NCBI GenBank assembly: GCA_965116075.1 | Contig: OZ220467.1 | Location: 2,308,849-2,372,848 of the forward strand | Direction of reading: 5' to 3' | DNA length: 64,000 bases | Source of the DNA: Thermodesulfobacteriota bacterium | Lineage (GTDB): Bacteria > Desulfobacterota_D > UBA1144 > Nemesobacterales > Nemesobacteraceae | Part shown: piece by piece, positions 25,917-34,753 of the stretch | Numbering within the stretch: position 1 is the first letter of the stretch | How the letters are laid out: each line of letters starts with the position of its first letter | The notes under the pieces: model-generated | What the model was told of the DNA's origin: nothing | What the model saw: only the letters and a program-made list of their open reading frames with translations | The model's database searches: none | Made by a program: the position numbers and the translations under genes

Positions 25917-27894
25917 GTGTTCGGTGTAGTGACTGCTCTTCGTATGACTGAAACGCTCTTTGATGACAGAACATCAGCAAGTATTGTTGAAACTTCGCCT
26001 GATGCCAAATGGCTGGAAATCGAACTCTTTGGAGAAGCTTTGCGAACCGGTCTTGGCGAAAGTGACTTTGAATTTCAGTGCGGCGTGGTTACATATCCAC
26101 TTCTAGGCCAGGGTATCTTCGTTGCAAGCGTCACCGAACTCGCACACATCTATAACAAGCCTGATAAAGCCAGCAGCATCCATGTCGGTACACTCTCTCA
26201 GGCATCGTCACTGCCTGTGTACTTGCTGGCAGATGAACTGCTTGGAAAACACTTTGCCGTCCTTGGCACAACTGGATCAGGTAAGTCATGTTCCGTAACT
26301 GTACTACTACGTGCTATTCTTGAAGTCGCGCCAAAAGCACACATGATCTTACTTGACCCACACAACGAATACCGTCAAGCATTCAAGGACAAAGCCGAAA
26401 TCATTGACCCAACAACTCTTGAACCGCCACATTGGCTCCTGAATTTCGAGGAAAGTACTGAATTGTTCATTGGTAGGACAGAATACGCTGCGACGAGCCA
26501 GAGCAACATCCTGAAAGACGCCATGCTCGCCGCACGGCAAGATTTCGTTCATTCCAACAAGGTTATGAGCGAAGAAAAGGTTACGGTAGACACACCAGTT
26601 CCATACCAACTAAGAGGCATTTGCGCTGTCCAACAAATGTATGCATATCAAGGGTTTTTAGAAGGGGTAAAAAACTTTTCACCCCAGAAATCCCCCCAAA
26701 AAGCCCCAAAAAAGCCCTGAAATCGGCTAATGTAAGTCAAAACCCAGAAATTTCACCCCACACTAAAATCGGTTGATATAACCTCTGTAAAAATTCTCCC
26801 AAAAACAAATAACTTGATGATATTATTTATTTTTAATGTCACTATAAAGGTGTCTTCATAGGTTGAAATTATAATTTGCTAGCAGAATCTTCTCCTCTGC
26901 TATAAGAGCAAGTCAATGTTGTTTCTGCTCATCCTCAAAGAAAAAGCCTCAAAAATCGTCGTAGTGTAACTACCTCAAGTTAATAACAAATTTATCATCT
27001 ACAAAAGAAATAAACCCGTAGTGGTTCTATCATCATCGAAAGAAATCAGCATCAAGAATCGCTACAGCGCAAATGCCTCAACTAAGCAAACTTATTGAGA
27101 ACATCAATGCCAACAAACCAAAGCAGGAATCAAAACAAGCCCCTTACCTCAAGATAGAGAATAAAATTCAAACGTTGCAACAGGACAGCCGCTTTTCTTT
27201 TTTGATCCGTCCAGACAAGGATGTAAAAGATAATCTGGAAAAAATTGTCGGGCAGTATCTGCACATACCAGTCCAAGAAAAGCCGCTTTCGATCATTGAT
27301 CTTTCAGGTGTTCCCTCGGATGTTGTGAATGTTGTCGTATCGGTATTGTGCCGTATGATTTTTGATTTCGCGATTTGGGTACCACGCCCTGTCCAAGTTC
27401 CGATTGTTTTGGTTTGCGAAGAAGCACACCGATATGCGCCGCGGCGCGATGACGCCGCCTTTCAGCCAACTAGGCAAGCACTCTCTCGCATTGCGAAGGA
27501 AGGTCGGAAATATGGTGTTGGCCTTGGGCTGATTTCCCAACGCCCCTCTGAACTAGCAGAATCGGTCCTCTCGCAGTGCAATACTCTCATCGCGTTGAGG
27601 ATGAGCAACGAACAGGATCAGAATTTTGTACAGCGCGCCTTGCCTGACTCAGTTCACAGCATTGCCAGCGTGTTGTCAACTCTGCGGACACAAGAAGCTT
27701 TGGTGGTCGGTGAAGGATCGGTCGTACCAGTTCGGTTACGCTTTATTGACCTCCCAAAGTCAAACCAGCCTCAAAGTGCCGATGTGCCATTTACAAGCCT
27801 CTGGAAAAATGAGGAGACGGATCTTAAGTATGTCAAAGACGTGGTGGTGCGCTGGCGTCTTCAAAAGCGTCCACCGATAACCGCGGAAAACTAA
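25917..27894 (+). pseudogene. HerA-like (DUF87) ATPase gene, split by MITE-2 and apparently 5'-truncated
   Basis: ORFs 25917..26720 (Walker A GTTGSGKS) and 27073..27894 (VLVCEEAHRYAP, EGRKYGVGLGLISQRPSE). They join in frame when 26614-27079 and one AACTAA copy are removed. Confidence 0.75.
26614..27079 (+). mobile_element. MITE family 2, copy A (466 bp)
   Basis: Perfect 16-bp terminal inverted repeats GAGGCATTTGCGCTGT / ACAGCGCAAATGCCTC. 6-bp duplication AACTAA (26608-26613 and 27080-27085). Confidence 0.9.
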
Positions 27895-28005
27895 ACACTG
27901 AGGCGGAATAGTTCAGTCAAAAACTAACACATCATCCCACATTCGAGTAGCCAAGTCTATCCAAAACCCACCCCAGGGCCTTATAAAACTCCGCATCAAG
28001 ATTCT

Positions 28006-29241
28006 TTAGTTGTCTGTAAAAGTAGCGGTTCTTGTTTTCCCAATTTCTAGATCTATAAACCTATATTTTGTTGAATCGTCTTTTATTTTCGTAGCTTTGT
28101 CGTTGTCTACTGTCCCGGCATCATTATGTATTATAACAATTTCCGTTCCGCCAACTGAAATCTTACCGGCAACAACAGTTATTCGTCTAGCGGTATCGCC
28201 TGTTGGGAACTTCCAAAAATAGAGTTTATCCTCTGTCAAATCAAAGTCTTTTATCGTATAAACCCCATTATCTTTACGAACAACGAAAATGTCAGCGCCT
28301 GCTCCACCAGTATAAACGTGAGTGGTTCCAGAAGCCCCGCCTGAGTAAAGAACATCATTGCCGTCACCACCGTTTAGAGTATCATTACCGCGCAGGAAAC
28401 CGCCCCAAAGAAGATCATCACCCCCGAGGCCGTTAATAATATCGGTTCCATGCCCCCCGAAAATGTAGTTGTCTTCATCGGTCCCGGTAAGAGTATCATT
28501 ACCACTCCCGCTAAGAATGTCCTCAATACCTTCAAATGTAGCCGACCCAGTCGACCCAGCATTCCCTGAAATTGAAGAAGCATCAAACGTCCCAGAAGAA
28601 AGATTAAGAGTTATAGCAGCAGTACCAAGGACACCAGACCAATATATATCTTTGCCGTCCAGTGCCGTATTATCAGGAACGGGGTGAGCCCAATAAATCA
28701 TATCCCTCCCAGGACCACCAATCAATTTGTCCCCTGATTGTTCTAGAAGAAAAAAGTGGTCCTTTCCTGCGCCTCCGTTGAGCGTATCATCACCATCACC
28801 ACCGTCAAGCCTATCATCACCATCACCACCGTTGAGTTCATCATTGCCAGCTTTCCCTTTGAGATAATCGTTTCCACCGGCACCGTAAACCGTATCATCC
28901 CCGCCCTCAGCTGCAATTATGTTTGCAACACGAGTTCCACAAATAACATCGTCATCATCTGTGCCGGTTAGGTTGTTCTGATTAATACCGACTATCCCCT
29001 GTATCCCATTGCTAACATCGCACCGAGAATCACCATATGCAGGCCCTTGGTCGCCAGCTCTGCCATCCGCCCCCGCGGGGCCTAGCGTGCCGTCCTTCCC
29101 TGGGTCGCCTTTATCGCCTTTCGCTCCGTCCTTCCCTGCTGGACCCGCCGGCCCTGCTGGTCCTCTCTCGCCCTCACAAGCCACAAACAAAACTGCTCCA
29201 GTGAGTAGCAACAACATCACTAATAAACTACGTAACTTCAT
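28006..29241 (-). CDS. Lipoprotein-signal / collagen-like / RTX repeat protein, paralog 2
   Basis: MKLRSLLVMLLLLTGAVLFVAC, GERGPAGPAGPAGKDGAKGDKGDPGKDGTLGPAGADGRAGDQG, and RTX repeats (GGDGDDRLDGGDGDDTLNGGAGKD, GGDGNDVLYSGG, GGAGADIF). Confidence 0.85.
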   Translation of the reverse strand: MKLRSLLVMLLLLTGAVLFVACEGERGPAGPAGPAGKDGAKGDKGDPGKDGTLGPAGADGRAGDQGPAYGDSRCDVSNGIQGIVGINQNNLTGTDDDDVICGTRVANIIAAEGGDDTVYGAGGNDYLKGKAGNDELNGGDGDDRLDGGDGDDTLNGGAGKDHFFLLEQSGDKLIGGPGRDMIYWAHPVPDNTALDGKDIYWSGVLGTAAITLNLSSGTFDASSISGNAGSTGSATFEGIEDILSGSGNDTLTGTDEDNYIFGGHGTDIINGLGGDDLLWGGFLRGNDTLNGGDGNDVLYSGGASGTTHVYTGGAGADIFVVRKDNGVYTIKDFDLTEDKLYFWKFPTGDTARRITVVAGKISVGGTEIVIIHNDAGTVDNDKATKIKDDSTKYRFIDLEIGKTRTATFTDN

Positions 29242-29331
29242 ATTACAACCTCCCTTATAAGTGTTCCATTTATAAATGGATATTTATGGTAAACCTTGTT
29301 ATAAAACCCTCATTCTTAAGTCAGTCTTCTG

Positions 29332-29364
29332 AGTTTACCCCCCCCCCCCCCCCTACAAAGTCAA
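29332..29364 (-). promoter_or_regulatory. Putative promoter with G16 tract giving a 21-nt spacer (paralog 2)
   Basis: Minus strand: TTGACT (29364-29359), ttgta plus G16 (run at 29338-29353), TAAACT (29337-29332). Confidence 0.55.
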
Positions 29365-29549
29365 GGACTAGCAAGAAGAGAGGCATTTGCGCTGTAAGGT
29401 TTTTGAGAGTGGTTTTAGACCGAACTTCACCTGACTGTAAGCGTTCGTTCAAGGGGTGTTTGCTTGATTAATCGTCCGTTAATCCCGTCTTAAATATTTT
29501 TTTGCATTTAAACTGGTCACTCCTTAATTGATCGGTTATCATCGGTCAT

Positions 29550-31792
29550 ATGATTGTTCACGACAAAGAGATCGGGGTTGTCAGGTTATTGGATAAAGAT
29601 GACGCTGGATGCATCAATTGCATGCCGACTACGTCGGGATGCGCTTCGTTAGACTGTAAGTTTTCGTACGAAGAGTTGCTAGCGGCTTATCAGGAGTTAA
29701 AACATAAACATCAGGAGTTAGAACATGAATTGACGCGGGAACGATCACAGTCGGGGAATTATAAATTCTGTTGGGAAAAAGCGCGTACTCATTTGGCCGC
29801 GAAAAAAGAAGAAGTAAAGCGTATCAGTCGTGTGGCGAAAAGTGCTTTATCGTTGGACAAAGAAGTACAACGACTTAGAGCATTGCTAGACGAGGTTGGA
29901 GTAGATAGGCGCAAGCGTAGCACGATTGTGTCGTTGCGGATGGAGATTGGCAGCTTGAAGAATGAGAATGCAGAGCTGAAGAAGCAGGTCAAGAACCTGC
30001 TTTCTAACCGGAAGGTTTTGTCGAATTCGTTGTACGGAAGACGTAGTGAGAAGCAGAAGAGGCCACCTTCGGGGCGCGACGACGAGGACAACAGCTCGGG
30101 GCGCCCGGTCATGGTCGTACAGCCCGACCAGATATTGAGGTGGTAGAAGAGTCGTGGCATCCGTCCGATGATGAACTTACCTGTTCCAGTTGTGGAAAGC
30201 GGTATGTTGCCAATGGGAAGCGGAGTTCGGAGATGTATGAGATCAAGGTCAAGGCGCACAAGCGCAAGATCAACAAATCCCGTCATCGTAGGGCATGCGA
30301 CTGTGAGTCATCTCCGCTCTATGTGACGGCGCCGGTGCGGCTGTTTGAGCATACGCAATATGGGATCAGTGTCTGGGCTCTATTGACATACGAGCGTTAC
30401 CGTAATCTGAGGACCTACCGCGGGATAGCGAGATTGTTTAGCGACCACGGGATTAAGATTTCGGCAGGCACTCTAGCGGACAGCGCAAAGCGCTTGGGGC
30501 CTCTGTTCGAGCCTCTCTATGACGCGATTCTCGCCCATCAAAACGAAGATAGATTGCGTCATGCAGACGAGACTAGTTGGCGTATTCAGTCACTGAGAGA
30601 AATGGGAGGTTCTCAACGCGCTTGGCTGTGGGTATCCGTGAGCAAAGACTCTGTCTTATACAAGATAGACCGTTCGCGTAGTTCTGAGGTTGCGAAGGTC
30701 CTATTCGTGGACAGCGTTGATTGTGTTTTCCTGGTCTGCGACCGCTACGGCTCCTATAAGAAGATGGTTCGGGATTTCCTCAAAGAATTCAATAAGAAAG
30801 TGATACTGTGTTTTTGTTGGGCGCATATGCGAAGAGATTTTATAAAATGCGCTGCAGGAGACGAGCAACTTGAGCAATGGAGAGAACAATGGATAAAACG
30901 CATTGCAGAGATGTATGAGTTAAACAAACAGCGGTGTGATCACTACGTCTCAGGTAATACTCCAGAGTTTGAACGAGCGCAGGCAAAGCTGAAAGAAGCG
31001 TGCGACGCAATGTTTGCCAAAGCCGAGAGTGAATTGTCCGAGTTAGCGAAAGATGCGGATGAGTGGAAGCCACTTAAGTCGCTTATCAATCATCGTGAGG
31101 GGCTGAGCGTGTTCGTTAAACATCCCCAAGTTCCCATGGATAACAATATTGCGGAGAGCGCGCTGCGAGGCCCTGCCCTCGCCCGTAAAATAAGTTTTGG
31201 ATCTGACAGTCTAGAGGGAGCAAGGACATCAGCCATTCTATACACGGTGCTGGGTACGCTCTCAAAGAATGGTATTGACATTCTTAGTTGGCTAACCCAA
31301 GTTTATCATGTCCAAAAAATAAATGTTAGATATCAGCTGGTTAGATGCCATAAAAAATTGGTGTGGCACTACATTTTGTTACGGGAACTATTTTCTGCGA
31401 AGTGGAATCAACCCCCAGTGTATCTAGAATTTCCTGTTGCTATATCTAAGGTTGGGTAGACACATGCACATGTAGCGTTTTCCCATCTGAGTGACATATA
31501 TAGAAATATTATTACATCGTAGGCCATATGTCAACAGACAAAAAAGATTAGTAGGGCACTACATTTACCTTTTAAAATTATAAATAACGATATATCAGTG
31601 GGATACGAGCCTCCCTCATAGGAAAAAAGGCCTAAATTAGTCGAATTTTAGTGGGTTTTGGATAAACTTGGGCTAAAGGGGTGGTTGACTGCCTGCGCGG
31701 AAGATGGCAGGAGTCCCCCGGAAGATCTATCGCCTTGGTTGCCATGGTCAATGAGTGAGCAACGTTTGCGCGACTTTGGCGCCAAGAGATGA
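29550..31792 (+). pseudogene. IS66-family transposase, copy II (frameshift plus MITE-3 insertion)
   Basis: One extra base relative to copy I near 30071-30080 splits ORFs 29550..30146 and 30140... The reading frame is then broken at 31296 by MITE-3. The C-terminus resumes at 31677 (KGWLTACAEDG..) and ends in an ATGA overlap with the DUF4338 start. Confidence 0.8.
31296..31672. mobile_element. MITE family 3, full copy (about 377 bp)
   Basis: Termini CCCAAGTTTATC / GATAAACTTGGG. Flanked by CTAA (31292-31295 and 31673-31676). The uninterrupted target AGTTGGCTAAAGGGGTGG is seen in copy I (reverse complement of about 10385-10402). Confidence 0.8.
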
Positions 31793-32682
31793 GCGACGAG
31801 GTTGAGTGCCGCTACTACGGGCGAGAGTTCACGGCTGCGGAGATGAAACTGCTACGCGCTTTGATAGCCGGGCCCGAGCGGCTCAACCGGACTGCTCTGT
31901 CCAGAGAGTTTTGCAGACGTATTGGGTGGTACAAGCCCGATGGCGGACTCAAGGATATGACGGCCAGAGTTACCATGCTATCCATGCATAGGGATGGCAT
32001 CATCAAGTTACCGCCACCCACCCGAGTGTCGCCCCGAGCCAAGCCTATTGTCTTTGGAGTGGACACCGAACCGCATAAGCTACCGGTTCCCAAGACCCTT
32101 GACGAAGTCCGTCCACTGCAGGTGCACACTGTTGTCAGTGGCACCAGGCAAGGCAAACTATGGAACGAGTTTGTAGCGCGTTATCACTACTTAGGTTATA
32201 AGACATTAGTCGGGGCTCAGATGCGCTACGCAGTGTGCGACCGCCACGGTTCGCCGCTGGCCATGCTAGGCTTCTCTACCGCCGCATGGAAACTTGCGCC
32301 GCGCGATACCTTCATAGGATGGACATCCGAGCGACGTGAAAAGAATTTACCGCTGGTTATTGACAACCCCAGATTCCTGATTCTTCCATGGATACAGATA
32401 CCCAATCTTGGGTCACACATACTCTCGGTAGTGTGTCGCCGCTTGCCCAAGGAGTGGACTCAACGATACAACTTCACACCTGTGCTCATTGAGACGTTTG
32501 TACAAATTCCGACATATACAGGCACCGTATACCGGGCATCTGGATGGATACGTGTTGGAACTACACAGGGGCGTGGTCGCTACGACCGGTACAACCGATG
32601 CGATAAACCCAAAAAGGACATTTGGCTACGACCGCTTCACAGGAATTGGAGACAAATCCTCAATCGCTCAAACCCCCTATAA
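31789..32682 (+). CDS. DUF4338-like protein (DruA-like domain), the only intact copy
   Basis: 297 aa. YHYLGYKTLVGAQMRY, NPRFLILPW, LIETFV, YRASGW and GRGRYD blocks match my recollection of the DUF4338 signature. The start overlaps the transposase stop (ATGA). Confidence 0.7.
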   Translation: MSDEVECRYYGREFTAAEMKLLRALIAGPERLNRTALSREFCRRIGWYKPDGGLKDMTARVTMLSMHRDGIIKLPPPTRVSPRAKPIVFGVDTEPHKLPVPKTLDEVRPLQVHTVVSGTRQGKLWNEFVARYHYLGYKTLVGAQMRYAVCDRHGSPLAMLGFSTAAWKLAPRDTFIGWTSERREKNLPLVIDNPRFLILPWIQIPNLGSHILSVVCRRLPKEWTQRYNFTPVLIETFVQIPTYTGTVYRASGWIRVGTTQGRGRYDRYNRCDKPKKDIWLRPLHRNWRQILNRSNPL

Positions 32683-32894
32683 ACACCCCTTGAACGAACG
32701 CTTACACCTGACTTTCAGCCTTTATTTCTCACCTAACACATTGAGATTCAACGAGCTTTTGCCTAAAAAGAGGCATTTTGCCTGCGCATTTATGTTTCCA
32801 GTGCATAACACGCTATATAACCTCTATCTCCCTTTCTAGTGTTATTTTAATAAAATATATTGACTTATTATTGTTTCCAGTGCAGAATAACACT

Positions 32895-34661
32895 ATGTCT
32901 CTACATATTGAAACCATCCCTAACAAACGCGGCCGTGCCTCTATCCTTCTGCGTGAGGCTAAAAGAGAGGGTAAACGTATTCGTAGAACAACCATCGCCA
33001 ATCTTACCGATCTACCACCGCATATCATCGCAGGCTTTGATGCAATCATTCGCGGAGGCGTCGCTTTTCCCTCCACCAGCGATGTCTTTAATGTCAGACG
33101 TAGTCTGCCTCACGGTCATGTCTGCGCAATCCTTGCTTGTTGTAAGCAAATAGGACTGTCTAAAATACTTTCCCGCAAAGCAAATAGACAAAGCAACCTA
33201 GCTCTTGCGGCTATTGCCACTAGAATCTTTTCGCCAGCATCGAAACTCGCTACCGCCCGAGCGCTTTCCGCATCTACCGCTAATTCCAGCCTTGGACCCC
33301 TTCTAGGTCTCGGCCATGTCCGTGGCAAAGAAATGCTCTCAATGCTTGATTGGCTACGCGATCGTCAACCATGGATAGCAAAGAGTCTAGCCAACAGACA
33401 TCTTGGTAAAGATGCCCTGCTTCTCTATGACATTAGTTCGTCATGGTTTGAAGGGAGTTGCTGTCCGCTAGCAGCTTTTGGCCATAGTCGTGACGGCAAA
33501 AAAGGAAAAAAGCAGATTGTTTATGGCCTGCTATGTAGCGCTGACGGTTGTCCTATAGACATTGAAGTGTTTACCGGCAATACCGCCGACCCAAAAAGCG
33601 TAGCAACGCAAGTGAAGAAGATAAAACAACGTTTTGGTATCTCCAACATTGCCCTGGTGGGTGACCGAGGTATGTTGACCACTGCCCGAATTCGTGATGA
33701 TCTAAAGCCAACTAGTCTTGACTGGCTCTCGGCTCTGACTAACCGTAGCATTGCTACTCTTCTTAAAGAAACTGATAAAGTATCAGCGCCGATACAACCG
33801 GACAATCTCAAGGACAACGCAGTGGTAGAAATCAGCAGTCCTAATTTTCCAGGAGAACGACTTATGGTCTGCCTTAATCCGCGTTTGCGGGAGGAACGTA
33901 GGCTGAAAAGAGAAGAACTATTGGAAGCTACCGAGCGTATTCTTTGCAAGATTGCCTCATCCGTAGAAAATGGTCGTCTGCGGGGAAAAGATCATATTGC
34001 TCACCGTCTCGGTCGCGAGGGTAACGAAATGAAAGTGGAGAAGCATTTTGACATTAAAGTGACAGATGAAAGTCTAATTTGGCAACGTAATATCCAAAGC
34101 ATTGAAGCCGAAGCTAAATTCGATGGCATTTACGTAATCCGTACCAGTCTTCCGGTTGAATCCATCACTGCTCATCAAACTGTCACTGGCTATAAGAATT
34201 TAGCAACGGTGGAACGAGCATTTCGATATATGAAATCAGATCTTAGTGTTCGTCCCTTTCATGTTTACACTGCAGAACATCTACGCGGTCATCTGTTCCT
34301 ATGTATGCTTGCTTACTATGTGGAGTGGCATATGCGCCGTCGTCTCGCACCCATGCTATTTGAGGATGAGAATAGAGAGGCTGCGAGCAGAGAAAAACAA
34401 ACGCCTGTAGAACCTGCGATAACATCACAAGGCGCAAGGCAAAAAATAGCAAGCAAAAAAACCGAAGATGGTCTACCTGTTCATAGCTTTAGAACTTTAT
34501 TGGAAGACCTTGCAACGCTATCAGTGATTGGAGTTTCTTTGCCCAGTCATCCAGAGGCAACCGTACCTGTAATTGCTCCACCAACTCCTGTGCAACAAAG
34601 AGCATTTGATCTACTCAACACAGACCCAACCCGGTTTGTTTCCAGTGCAATGACAGGTTGA
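32895..34661 (+). CDS. IS1634-family (IS4-like) DDE transposase
   Basis: 588 aa counted from the ATG at 32895 (MSLHIETIPNKRGRASILLREAKREGKRIRRTTIANL). LYDISSSWFEG, LVGDRGM and the C-terminal YKNLATVERAFRYMKSDL block. Confidence 0.8.
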   Translation: MSLHIETIPNKRGRASILLREAKREGKRIRRTTIANLTDLPPHIIAGFDAIIRGGVAFPSTSDVFNVRRSLPHGHVCAILACCKQIGLSKILSRKANRQSNLALAAIATRIFSPASKLATARALSASTANSSLGPLLGLGHVRGKEMLSMLDWLRDRQPWIAKSLANRHLGKDALLLYDISSSWFEGSCCPLAAFGHSRDGKKGKKQIVYGLLCSADGCPIDIEVFTGNTADPKSVATQVKKIKQRFGISNIALVGDRGMLTTARIRDDLKPTSLDWLSALTNRSIATLLKETDKVSAPIQPDNLKDNAVVEISSPNFPGERLMVCLNPRLREERRLKREELLEATERILCKIASSVENGRLRGKDHIAHRLGREGNEMKVEKHFDIKVTDESLIWQRNIQSIEAEAKFDGIYVIRTSLPVESITAHQTVTGYKNLATVERAFRYMKSDLSVRPFHVYTAEHLRGHLFLCMLAYYVEWHMRRRLAPMLFEDENREAASREKQTPVEPAITSQGARQKIASKKTEDGLPVHSFRTLLEDLATLSVIGVSLPSHPEATVPVIAPPTPVQQRAFDLLNTDPTRFVSSAMTG

Positions 34662-34753
34662 ATTTGCCTATATCCTAATACTGTATTGACCATTCCGTAT
34701 TTTTAACAAGTGAAGTTCGGTTTAACCTCCTTTAACAGGTTCCCTTAGGACAT

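Larger units (their letters stand above)
29437..32705 (+). mobile_element. IS66-like element, copy II (3269 bp including a nested MITE-3)
   Basis: Terminal repeats GTAAGCGTTCGTTCAAGGGGTGTTT. Perfect 8-bp duplication ACCTGACT at 29429-29436 and 32706-32713. Confidence 0.9.
29411..34727 (+). mobile_element. IS1634-family element carrying a nested IS66-like insertion (boundaries approximate)
   Basis: GGTTTTAGACCGAACTTCACCTG at 29411 resembles the reverse complement of 34705-34727 (GGTTAAACCGAACTTCACTTG). The transposase is at 32895-34661. I could not identify a target duplication. Confidence 0.45.
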
